A stretch of DNA of 24,348 bases. Source: Candidatus Nanohaloarchaea archaeon. GTDB taxonomy: Archaea > Nanohalarchaeota > Nanosalinia > Nanosalinales > Nanosalinaceae. A program made the position numbers and the translations under genes. The DNA is taken from the NCBI GenBank assembly GCA_046539225.1, contig JBKHHG010000007.1, positions 1-24,348 on the forward strand, in the 5' to 3' direction. How positions within the stretch are numbered: the stretch's first letter is position 1; every line of letters begins with the position of its first letter. The notes beneath the pieces were generated by a model. It did no database searches, was not told where the DNA came from, and was given only the letters and a program-made list of their open reading frames with translations. Of the stretch, positions 16,770 to 23,922 are shown piece by piece.

Positions 16770-18427
16770 TCTCAACCCTCACCCTGATATTCCTGACAGC
16801 CTCCGCAGTACTCCTGCTTTTCCACAGGTTCGATCATCCAGCGATACCCGCATACATCATCGCAGGAATTATAGTAGGAGGGATAACAGGCCTAGAACCC
16901 TTCATCACTCAGGAACTCCTGAACGGGGCTATACCCGAGATCACTCTTGTCGAAGACCAGCTGCTGAACCTGGCCCAGCTCGGGATCGCGTTCCTGGTCT
17001 TCACGTTCGGCCTAAAGTTTGACCCCCAGAGACTGCGACAGGAGGCCTCGGTCAGCCTCGACACCACCGCAGCCCAGATATTCGTTATAGGCGCTATAGC
17101 ATACTTTACAGGCCTCCAGCTCGGATTCACAAGCATGGAGAGTGCAATCTTCAGCACAGCCGCCGCTTTAAGCAGCTCCCTGGTAGGCCTCCAGTTAGCG
17201 GACAGAGAAATCCAGAACGACCTACTGCACGGAAGAATATCCGAATCAATCCACCTTATACAGGATCTGATAGGCCTCGCGCTTATCACAGTGCTCTTCG
17301 CCTCCACAGTCTCGAGTTCGCTACACGCTCTCGGAGCCGCAACCTCTGTAATCATCCTGGCCCTTCTGATAAGAGAGTACGGCTTCGACTTTGTAGCAGA
17401 TCAGTCTAATTACAGCACCGAACTTATGATGCTCGCAGGCCTCACCTCGCTTATAGGAATGATCGCTTTGACCTCCTACCTCGGGCTTCCGATGGTTATA
17501 GGCTCTTTCGCCGCAGGACTTACCGCGGCAAAGTTCCCGCACAACATGGAGCTGCTTGACACGCTGGGATCGTTGAAGGATTTTTTCTCAGCAATATTTT
17601 TCGTGGCGCTTGGCGCCCTGATATCCATACCCGATCCAAAAACTATTTTATCGGCTTTTCTGCTTGTACTTCTTACATCGATGCTTAAACCCTTTGTAAC
17701 CTACAAAAGTCTTGTCTTTGAAGGCCTTGATCCGAGGACTTCAATGCTTTCAGCTCTAAGCCTTGACCAGGTCAGCGAGATCGCGTTGATCGTGGCGATC
17801 CAGGCCTTCCTCACAGAGATGATCTCGGGACAGGTCTTCAACTCGGTTATAATCGCGGCAACGTTCTCGATGCTTACCTCGTCTTACACTAAGAGACACG
17901 AAGAATGGATCTACCAGAAGTTGAAACCGGACAGAGAAGTAGGCGAAAAAGTAAACCTGGAGGACCACGTGATAGTCGTCGGCTACCACGTACAGGGCAT
18001 AAGAGTAGTGGACTCGCTTCTCGAGGAGAACGCCCGGGTCGCGGTGATAGACAACGACCCTGAAAAAGTCTCCACAGTCGAAGAAAGAGGTATCCCTGGA
18101 GTCTACGGCGATATCATGGACAAAGAGACCTGGCAGGAGGCCAACTTTACAGAAGCAAAACTGGTGGTCTCGACGGTTCCCTCCTTCCGAGTATCCAAAA
18201 AGATAATGGAGCTTGAAGAACCTGAAGACAAGATAGTCAGGGCGGAAAACATGGAAGAGGCCTCAATCCTCCTGAACCAGGGAGCGGTACACGTCATCGT
18301 TCCAGACCTTGCATCCTCGGAAATACTGATCGACCACATAGAAGGAATTATACACAACGAAAACTACCGGGAAGAACTCAGGAGGAAAAGCCTTTTAGAA
18401 CTAAGAGAATACCTCGAAACACAATGA
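16760..18427 (+). CDS. Kef-type (CPA2) K+/H+ antiporter with C-terminal RCK-N domain, copy 2
   Basis: PAIPAYIIAG, LGIAFLVFTFGL, SSSLV, LIQD, GSFAAG, LKDFFSAIFFVALG and QVSE motifs; HVIVVGY...VYGD RCK-N. Confidence 0.9.
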   Translation: MEIISTLTLIFLTASAVLLLFHRFDHPAIPAYIIAGIIVGGITGLEPFITQELLNGAIPEITLVEDQLLNLAQLGIAFLVFTFGLKFDPQRLRQEASVSLDTTAAQIFVIGAIAYFTGLQLGFTSMESAIFSTAAALSSSLVGLQLADREIQNDLLHGRISESIHLIQDLIGLALITVLFASTVSSSLHALGAATSVIILALLIREYGFDFVADQSNYSTELMMLAGLTSLIGMIALTSYLGLPMVIGSFAAGLTAAKFPHNMELLDTLGSLKDFFSAIFFVALGALISIPDPKTILSAFLLVLLTSMLKPFVTYKSLVFEGLDPRTSMLSALSLDQVSEIALIVAIQAFLTEMISGQVFNSVIIAATFSMLTSSYTKRHEEWIYQKLKPDREVGEKVNLEDHVIVVGYHVQGIRVVDSLLEENARVAVIDNDPEKVSTVEERGIPGVYGDIMDKETWQEANFTEAKLVVSTVPSFRVSKKIMELEEPEDKIVRAENMEEASILLNQGAVHVIVPDLASSEILIDHIEGIIHNENYREELRRKSLLELREYLETQ

Positions 18428-18984
18428 TACAGGGAGCAGAAGCAGAAGTCACAGTGAAGGAGGAAAAAGTCATCAAGGAGAGGCCTGAAAAAAATTATCG
18501 CCACCCGGAGCTCGATAAAAGAATCAGAAGGCAGAGAACACAGACAGAGCACAGCACACTAAAAAAATCACTTAGAAACAGTGTAAACGTTCCGAAAGTC
18601 GAGAAAACCTCGGAATACAGATTGAAACTGGAGAAGATAGATGGAAAAACTTTAGAGGAAGAGTTCAGGCCTGAAAAATTGAAGGACGTCGGTAAAAACC
18701 TGGAAAAACTCCATGAATCAGGCCTCATCCACGGAGACCTCACCACCAGCAACATAATCGCAAACGAAGAAATCTACATTATAGACTTCGGCCTTTCACA
18801 GGAATCCTCAAAGACAGAGGACAGAGCGGTCGACCTACACCTCCTGAAGCAGATGCTCCAGAGCTCGCACCCTGAAAACTTTGAAGAGGCCTGGAACAAC
18901 TTTCTCAAAGGCTACAGGCCTGAATTCAGAGAGGAAGTATTGGAAAGGTTAAATGACGTGGAGGAGAGAGGCCGTTACAAGTAA
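18424..18984 (+). CDS. bud32: KEOPS kinase/ATPase Bud32
   Basis: GAEA, K.R..K.YRHPELD, HGDLTTSN, IDFGL, EDRAVDL and RGRY. Confidence 0.95.
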   Translation: MIQGAEAEVTVKEEKVIKERPEKNYRHPELDKRIRRQRTQTEHSTLKKSLRNSVNVPKVEKTSEYRLKLEKIDGKTLEEEFRPEKLKDVGKNLEKLHESGLIHGDLTTSNIIANEEIYIIDFGLSQESSKTEDRAVDLHLLKQMLQSSHPENFEEAWNNFLKGYRPEFREEVLERLNDVEERGRYK

Positions 18985-18987
18985 AGT

Positions 18988-19482
18988 ATGAAATACCTGT
19001 TTCCCGCTGCCTTGACATTCCTGATTTTAGGGTTTGGAGCCTTTTTCCCCGGTCACGAAATGGTAGGCCTTGAGAAAGTAGTGGATGGAGATACCATCGA
19101 CACTGAGAACGATACAGTCCGGTTTTTAGGGGTTGATACGCCTGAAGTATCTGAATTTTCCGGGAACGATCCCGGTGATTACGGCCTGAAAAATGATTCC
19201 GACACAGTCGATTGCCTTGACCGTTTCGGCGAAGAGGCCTCAAACGTTGTGGATAACAATACGAGAGACGAAGTGAGACTTGTTTTCGACAGGCGATCCG
19301 ATGACCGCGGCGAATACGATCGGAGGCTTGCCTACATTCAAACTGAGGGCGATTTGACGCGGAAGCTCCTGGTAGAAGGCCTTGCACGGGTTTATCCCTC
19401 AGGTTTTTCTCGATCGAATGAGTTCTACTTCTGGGAAGCGGTCGCAAAGAAGAATGGTAGAGGCCTCTGGAGCTGTGACTGA
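18988..19482 (+). CDS. Thermonuclease (SNase-like), secreted or membrane-anchored
   Basis: N-terminal hydrophobic signal; VVDGDTI, VRFLGVDTPE, YDRRLAYI, LLVEGLARVY and RGLW. Confidence 0.9.
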   Translation: MKYLFPAALTFLILGFGAFFPGHEMVGLEKVVDGDTIDTENDTVRFLGVDTPEVSEFSGNDPGDYGLKNDSDTVDCLDRFGEEASNVVDNNTRDEVRLVFDRRSDDRGEYDRRLAYIQTEGDLTRKLLVEGLARVYPSGFSRSNEFYFWEAVAKKNGRGLWSCD

Positions 19483-19512
19483 TATAAAAAATTTTACATT
19501 CCTTTGGAGGTT

Positions 19513-19624
19513 AGAGCGGTGAAGTCCGAGAGGCTGAGCCGTGTCGGCAACACAACGTGATACTATAATGAACGAAATTCGAAGAATTTCTGGCTACGCA
19601 GAAACTCATAGAGGTGAGTTTTGA
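19513..19624 (+). promoter_or_regulatory. Structured 5' leader of rps15 (candidate r-leader)
   Basis: Hairpins at 19516-19542, 19541-19553, 19574-19590 and 19602-19621; the last overlaps the SD GAGGTGA at 19611-19617. Confidence 0.55.
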
Positions 19625-20056
19625 GTGGCTAAGATGCATTCTGACGGAAGAGGAAGCAGTGGAAGCGAAAAACCTTTGGACGAGTCCCAACCTGACTGGG
19701 TCGACTACGACAAGGAAGAAGTAGTCGATCTCGTGCTGAAGCTGAGAGACGAAGGCCTTCAGCCAGCGCAGATAGGCCTCAGGTTGAGGGATCAGTACGG
19801 GATTCCCGATGTGGAGCAGATCACCGAGAACTCGGTAACCGAGATCCTCGAGGAGAACGATGCCTCCCTTAAAGTCCCGGAAGACCTTCAGAACCTTATA
19901 GAAAAGGCGGAAAAGATCCAGGAACATATAGAAGATAATCCTGAGGACGCCCAGGCCCAGAGACGGCTGGAACTGACAGAGGCCAAGATCAGGAGGATCG
20001 CTTCCTACCACCGTGAAAACGGCAACATCGACGAGGACTGGAACTACTCCCGATAA
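19625..20056 (+). CDS. rps15: 30S ribosomal protein S15 (uS15/S13e)
   Basis: MAKMH..GRGSSGS.KP, IGL.LRDQYGIPDV, PEDL.NL and L.LTEAKIRRI..Y; GTG start with SD. Confidence 0.96.
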   Translation: MAKMHSDGRGSSGSEKPLDESQPDWVDYDKEEVVDLVLKLRDEGLQPAQIGLRLRDQYGIPDVEQITENSVTEILEENDASLKVPEDLQNLIEKAEKIQEHIEDNPEDAQAQRRLELTEAKIRRIASYHRENGNIDEDWNYSR

Positions 20057-20077
20057 CCGGTTCAGGCCTTAAAACCC

Positions 20078-20094
20078 TTTTTCACGGCTTTTTT
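20078..20094 (+). terminator. Oligo-T terminator-like tract after rps15
   Basis: TTTTT at 20078-20082 and TTTTTT at 20089-20094. Confidence 0.45.
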
Positions 20095-20139
20095 ATCGGA
20101 AAAGAAACCAATAACCCTTTGGAGGAGAATTGAAGAGTT

Positions 20140-21498
20140 ATGACACTAAAAGAGATAAGGGATCAGGCCTCTGAAGCAGTTGAAAAGATCAAAGAGTTTG
20201 ATGAAAAGATCAGGCTGGTGGGGCAGTACGACGCCGACGGCATCTCCGCCACAGCCATCGCACACCAGATGCTGGAAAGAGCGGGGAAAAACTTTGAGTA
20301 CGAAATACTGAAGCAGCTCTACGACGAAGACGTTAAACGACTAAAGGAAGAGGAAGAAGGCCTCATACTTTTCGTGGACATCGGATCAGGAAAGGCCTCA
20401 AAAATAGAAGAGATTCTCATGGATGAAAAAGAGGTAGTGGTGTCAGACCACCACGAGCCCTCGGAGAAGGGGAGCTTCCCGCATATGAACCCGCATTTTC
20501 TCGGGTTCGATGGAGGGGAGGCAATCTCCGCCGCAGGCATGACTTTTGTCCTGGCGCACGAGTACGACGAGGAAAACATCGACCTGGTCGAATACGCGTT
20601 GATTGGTGCGACGGGAGATATGCAGAAGCAGGGCGGCGAGTTTATAGGCCTGAACGCAGAGCTTGAAGAACTCGCGCTTGAAAACGGTATAATCGAAAAA
20701 CGGCAAGGCCTCGATCTCTACGGCAGAACCACCAAACCGTTGAAGGACTCGCTGAAGTACACTACAGACCCTTACCTCCCTGGCATATCAAACGATGAAA
20801 ACGGGGCAGTCCAGTTCGTCCAGAAACACGGCGTAGAGATCAGGAAAGACGGAGAGTTCCGCACACTGAGCGACCTCACCGAGAAAGAAGAGAAAAAACT
20901 GATAAACGGACTTATAAAGACCGGAAGGCCTGTACAACCGCTTCTGAATGATATCTACACCTTGAAAAACGGTTACGAGATAGGAGAGTTCTCCACAGTT
21001 ATCAACGCGTGCGGAAGACTTGGAAGAGCTGAAGAAGGAGTAGAAATACTTGTAAACCAGGACCTCGAGCTCGCGGACCGGATCTCAACCGCTTACGGTA
21101 GAAAGATCAGCGAATCACTCCGGTTCGTGGAGGAAAACCAGGAAAACGAGGAATACATATATGAAAGAGACGGCCTCGGAGTAATAGACGCAGAAGATAA
21201 TATCCAGGACGATTTCATAGGAACTGTCTCCACCATCAGCATGTCAAACGGATTTTTCGACTCGGAAGTGGTGATGGGTGTAGCAGAGATGGAAGACGAG
21301 AAATCCAAGGTCTCAGCACGGGCCTCAAAAGACGCGGTGGAGAAAGGCCTCAACCTGGGCGACATTATAGGAGAAATATGCGAGGAACTGGATGGAGAAG
21401 GAGGAGGCCACAACGTAGCAGCAGGAGCCAAGATCCCGCGAGAAAACAAGGACAAGTTTATAGAGATGCTGGGGAACAAGATTTCGCAGGAATATTGA
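20140..21498 (+). CDS. DHH-family RecJ/GAN (Cdc45-like) nuclease with DHHA1 domain
   Basis: DADG, DIGSG, DHH, NP, GATGD, NACGR and GGGH.VAAG motifs; conserved position between rps15 and rps3ae. Confidence 0.9.
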   Translation: MTLKEIRDQASEAVEKIKEFDEKIRLVGQYDADGISATAIAHQMLERAGKNFEYEILKQLYDEDVKRLKEEEEGLILFVDIGSGKASKIEEILMDEKEVVVSDHHEPSEKGSFPHMNPHFLGFDGGEAISAAGMTFVLAHEYDEENIDLVEYALIGATGDMQKQGGEFIGLNAELEELALENGIIEKRQGLDLYGRTTKPLKDSLKYTTDPYLPGISNDENGAVQFVQKHGVEIRKDGEFRTLSDLTEKEEKKLINGLIKTGRPVQPLLNDIYTLKNGYEIGEFSTVINACGRLGRAEEGVEILVNQDLELADRISTAYGRKISESLRFVEENQENEEYIYERDGLGVIDAEDNIQDDFIGTVSTISMSNGFFDSEVVMGVAEMEDEKSKVSARASKDAVEKGLNLGDIIGEICEELDGEGGGHNVAAGAKIPRENKDKFIEMLGNKISQEY

Positions 21499-21504
21499 AT
21501 ATGG

Positions 21505-21512
21505 TTTATAAA
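21505..21512 (+). promoter_or_regulatory. TATA box of rps3ae (leaderless spacing)
   Basis: TTTATAAA 23-30 nt upstream of the ATG at 21535; no SD sequence. Confidence 0.6.
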
Positions 21513-21534
21513 GTTTTGATTTTGAACCCTTGGT

Positions 21535-22086
21535 ATGGCTAAAGCAGTACTGCAGAAAAACTGGTACGAAGTCCAGGCCCCAGAAATATTCGATGAAGAA
21601 GTAATCACAGAGACACCGGCAGAGAAGGAAGAACAGGTGGTCGGCAGAACAGTAAAGGAAGGCCTGAACGATTTGATGGACTCCAGCGACAAGTACTACG
21701 CGGACGTCACCCTGAAAGTTACAGAAGTCGAAGGAAACAAGGCCTTCACAGAGATCAGCGAGATGAGTGTATCATCAGAGTTCGTCTCAAGAATGATAAG
21801 GACAGACACGGACAGGTTCGACCTCGTCGAAGAATTCGAAACCAAGGATGAAGAAACCGTCAGGGTCAAGGTCGTCGGCGCAACACTCAGAAAGGCCTCG
21901 GGAAAACAGCATAAAGCAGTCAGAAACGAGATCAGCCAGATAATCGAGGAACGGGCCTCCGAACAGACATACGAAGAATTCATGGAAAACATCTTCACCG
22001 ACAGAATCCAGGAAGAGTTCCGCGAAAAAGCGGAGAAGATCTACCCGTTCAGAGAACTCGAGATCAGAAAAACAGAGCTCAAATAA
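21535..22086 (+). CDS. rps3ae: 30S ribosomal protein S3Ae (eS1)
   Basis: K.WYEV.APEIF, ETPA, GRTV, TKD...VRV and KIYP.R.LEIRK. Confidence 0.93.
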   Translation: MAKAVLQKNWYEVQAPEIFDEEVITETPAEKEEQVVGRTVKEGLNDLMDSSDKYYADVTLKVTEVEGNKAFTEISEMSVSSEFVSRMIRTDTDRFDLVEEFETKDEETVRVKVVGATLRKASGKQHKAVRNEISQIIEERASEQTYEEFMENIFTDRIQEEFREKAEKIYPFRELEIRKTELK

Positions 22087-22150
22087 AGGCCTAAATTCTT
22101 CAACAAAACTCAACTTAATTAAACGTCCCAGGCCTCAAAATATCCAGAAA

Positions 22151-22292
22151 GGGTCCGTAGCTCAGTCCGGCAGAGCACCAGGCTCTTAAAGGAACTTCTG
22201 AAAGTTCCACCATCACAGACCATTCCACGGAATGGCCCAGAGAAGGCCTGAGAGATACCTGGCAGCCGCGGGTTCAAATCCCGTCGGACCCA
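22151..22292 (+). tRNA. tRNA-Lys (CTT) with a 68-nt intron at the canonical 37/38 position (22189-22256)
   Basis: Acceptor stem GGGTCCG/CGGACCC; D-stem GCTC/GAGC; anticodon stem CCAGG/CCTGG; CTT at 22185-22187; T-arm GCGGG-TTCAAAT-CCCGT; BHB-like central helix CTCT/AGAG. CCA is not encoded, and a T-rich tract follows. Confidence 0.93.
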
Positions 22293-22317
22293 TATTTCTT
22301 TTAAGAAAATGCTTTAA

Positions 22318-22386
22318 GAAGCAAATTCAATTTGCTTCGACCCAAACGAAGATTCGTTTGATCAATCAAGGTGCGCGAGGCATCTT
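22318..22386. repeat. Three tandem inverted repeats (hairpins) between tRNA-Lys and the SDR gene
   Basis: GAAGCAAAT-TCA-ATTTGCTTC (22318-22338); CAAACGA-AGAT-TCGTTTG (22343-22360); AAGGTGC-GCGAG-GCATCTT (22368-22386, one G-T pair). Confidence 0.8.
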
Positions 22387-22425
22387 ACCGAAGCAATCAA
22401 ATACAGGCCTCCACAATTTAACTGC

Positions 22426-23295
22426 ATGAAAGTGTACGTCACCGGAGGCACAGGATTTGTAGGCTCTCATCTATCACATAAACTGGCGTGGGCCGGCCAC
22501 GAGGTAACGCTTGGAGGCCTTTCAACCGACTCCCCTATCGAACTGCCGGAAGATGCAGAAATCGAGCGGATCGATGTAACAGATCCTGATACTCTGGATT
22601 TTGAAGGTTTCGACGCAGTCATCCACCTGGTAGGCCTTTCACCGCTTTTCAAGCCGAATGTTTCTTACCACAGAATTCACGTGGAAGGCACGGAAAACGT
22701 TTTACAGGCCTGTAGAGAAGCCGGAGTAAATCGATATATCCATATGAGCGCGCTGGGAGCAGATCCTGGCGCAGAGACCCAGTACCTGTGGACAAAGGGA
22801 GAGGCCGAGGACGCCGTGAAGAACTCGGGCCTTGACTGGACTGTTTTCAGGCCTTCAGTAATTTTTGGAGAGGGCGGAGAGTTCCTCAACTTTACAGAAT
22901 CTATCCTGACGCCTTTCATCGCTGCACTGCCCCGTTCAAACCCGGGTTTCCAGCCTCTTTATGTTGAAGATATCGGCGACCTGTTCGTGGAAGCTGTCGA
23001 AGATGAAAAACATATTCGTCAATCATACGATCTGGGCGGTCCAGAGGCCTACTCATTGAAAGAGATCGCGGAGATGATAGAGGCCTCAAAGGGTAGAAAC
23101 CTGACAGCTCTTCCGCTTCCGATGACCATAGTCAAAGCAGGGATGACCCTGAGCGATAAACTCGGGCTGAAGTTCGGCATGGACCAGTACCGATCCCTGA
23201 AAAAGGATAATATTCCAGATAAAAACGATGTCGACGCCTTCAGGAAAAACGTTGAAAAAATGAAAAATCTGGAACAGTATTTAGGCCTTGAATAA
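22426..23295 (+). CDS. NAD(P)-binding atypical SDR (NDUFA9-like epimerase/dehydratase family)
   Basis: VTGGTGFVG, VIHLVG, HVEGT.N, HMSALGA, YLWTK and FRPSVIFG. Confidence 0.9.
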   Translation: MKVYVTGGTGFVGSHLSHKLAWAGHEVTLGGLSTDSPIELPEDAEIERIDVTDPDTLDFEGFDAVIHLVGLSPLFKPNVSYHRIHVEGTENVLQACREAGVNRYIHMSALGADPGAETQYLWTKGEAEDAVKNSGLDWTVFRPSVIFGEGGEFLNFTESILTPFIAALPRSNPGFQPLYVEDIGDLFVEAVEDEKHIRQSYDLGGPEAYSLKEIAEMIEASKGRNLTALPLPMTIVKAGMTLSDKLGLKFGMDQYRSLKKDNIPDKNDVDAFRKNVEKMKNLEQYLGLE

Positions 23296-23328
23296 AGATA
23301 TCTAAAGATCAGACCTGAAGATAAAGTT

Positions 23329-23826
23329 ATGGAACTCTCCCGCGAAGAGTTCAGGGAAGAAGCTACAGAAGCCACTCTGCTCTTCATAATCCAAGACGGA
23401 GAAGCACTTTTAATCGAGAAGAAACGTGGTGTCGGAGAAGGATTGTTCAACGGTCCAGGCGGTAAACTGGAAGGAGTTGAGACTCCTGAAGAAGCCGCGA
23501 TAAGGGAGACAATGGAGGAAACCTGTGTAAATCCTCTTAAAGTTGAGAAAATGGGTGAACTGGAGTTCCTGTTTGGCGACGACCCGTTTATGTTTGTCCA
23601 TGTTTTCAAAGCCTCAGACTTTACCGGAACACCTGAAGAGACGGAAGAAGCAAGGCCTGAATGGTTCGACACCGAGAATCTTCCGTTCGAGGAAATGTGG
23701 CCGGACGACCGCTACTGGATGCCGAAAATGCTGGAAGAAGAAAAATTCTCCGCCAGATTCTATTTTGACGAGGAAGGCAACGAAATACAGGATCACAAGT
23801 TCAGACCTCCAGAATTCCAGAACTGA
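23329..23826 (+). CDS. NUDIX hydrolase, 8-oxo-dGTP diphosphatase (MTH1/NUDT1-like)
   Basis: NGPGGKLE..ETPEEAAIRE..EET Nudix box; EE.RP.WF and MWPDD.YW.P motifs. Confidence 0.88.
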   Translation: MELSREEFREEATEATLLFIIQDGEALLIEKKRGVGEGLFNGPGGKLEGVETPEEAAIRETMEETCVNPLKVEKMGELEFLFGDDPFMFVHVFKASDFTGTPEETEEARPEWFDTENLPFEEMWPDDRYWMPKMLEEEKFSARFYFDEEGNEIQDHKFRPPEFQN

Positions 23827-23922
23827 AACGAAGTACCCAAAGAATTTTTCGAACCCCCGACACTTAATTTTTCGGTTCGATATTTAACCCAGCAAACCCA
23901 AACATTTCTCCCAGGGGTTACC

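Larger units (their letters stand above)
105..23658. repeat. Dispersed, highly iterated palindrome AGGCCT (about 138 copies, roughly 1 per 180 bp)
   Basis: Manual line-by-line count. Examples: 105, 292, 645, 711, 1021, 1588, 3372, 3405, 8553, 13296, 13516, 22087, 22130, 22244, 23653. About 6 copies are expected at 1/4096 per base. Confidence 0.95.

Noticed and set aside
22189..22256. tRNA intron as a box C/D guide RNA (CTGA at 22198 and 22248)
   Set aside because: No C or C' box (RTGATGA-like) is present, and one CTGA is a hairpin loop while the other overlaps the BHB helix.
22232..22429. 65-aa ORF in the ORF track
   Set aside because: It overlaps the tRNA intron, the 3' exon and the hairpin region; shadow ORF.
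105..23658. AGGCCT copies as a CRISPR array, tandem repeat or transposon ends
   Set aside because: Spacing is irregular, flanks are not conserved beyond the hexamer, most copies lie inside intact genes, and no cas, transposase or integrase gene is present.
1569..23887. Long antisense or alternate-frame ORFs (for example 1569-2159, 4578-5207, 15191-15949, 21093-21692, 23049-23672)
   Set aside because: They are Ser/Phe/Arg-rich shadows of well-supported genes with biased codon use and show no family motifs.
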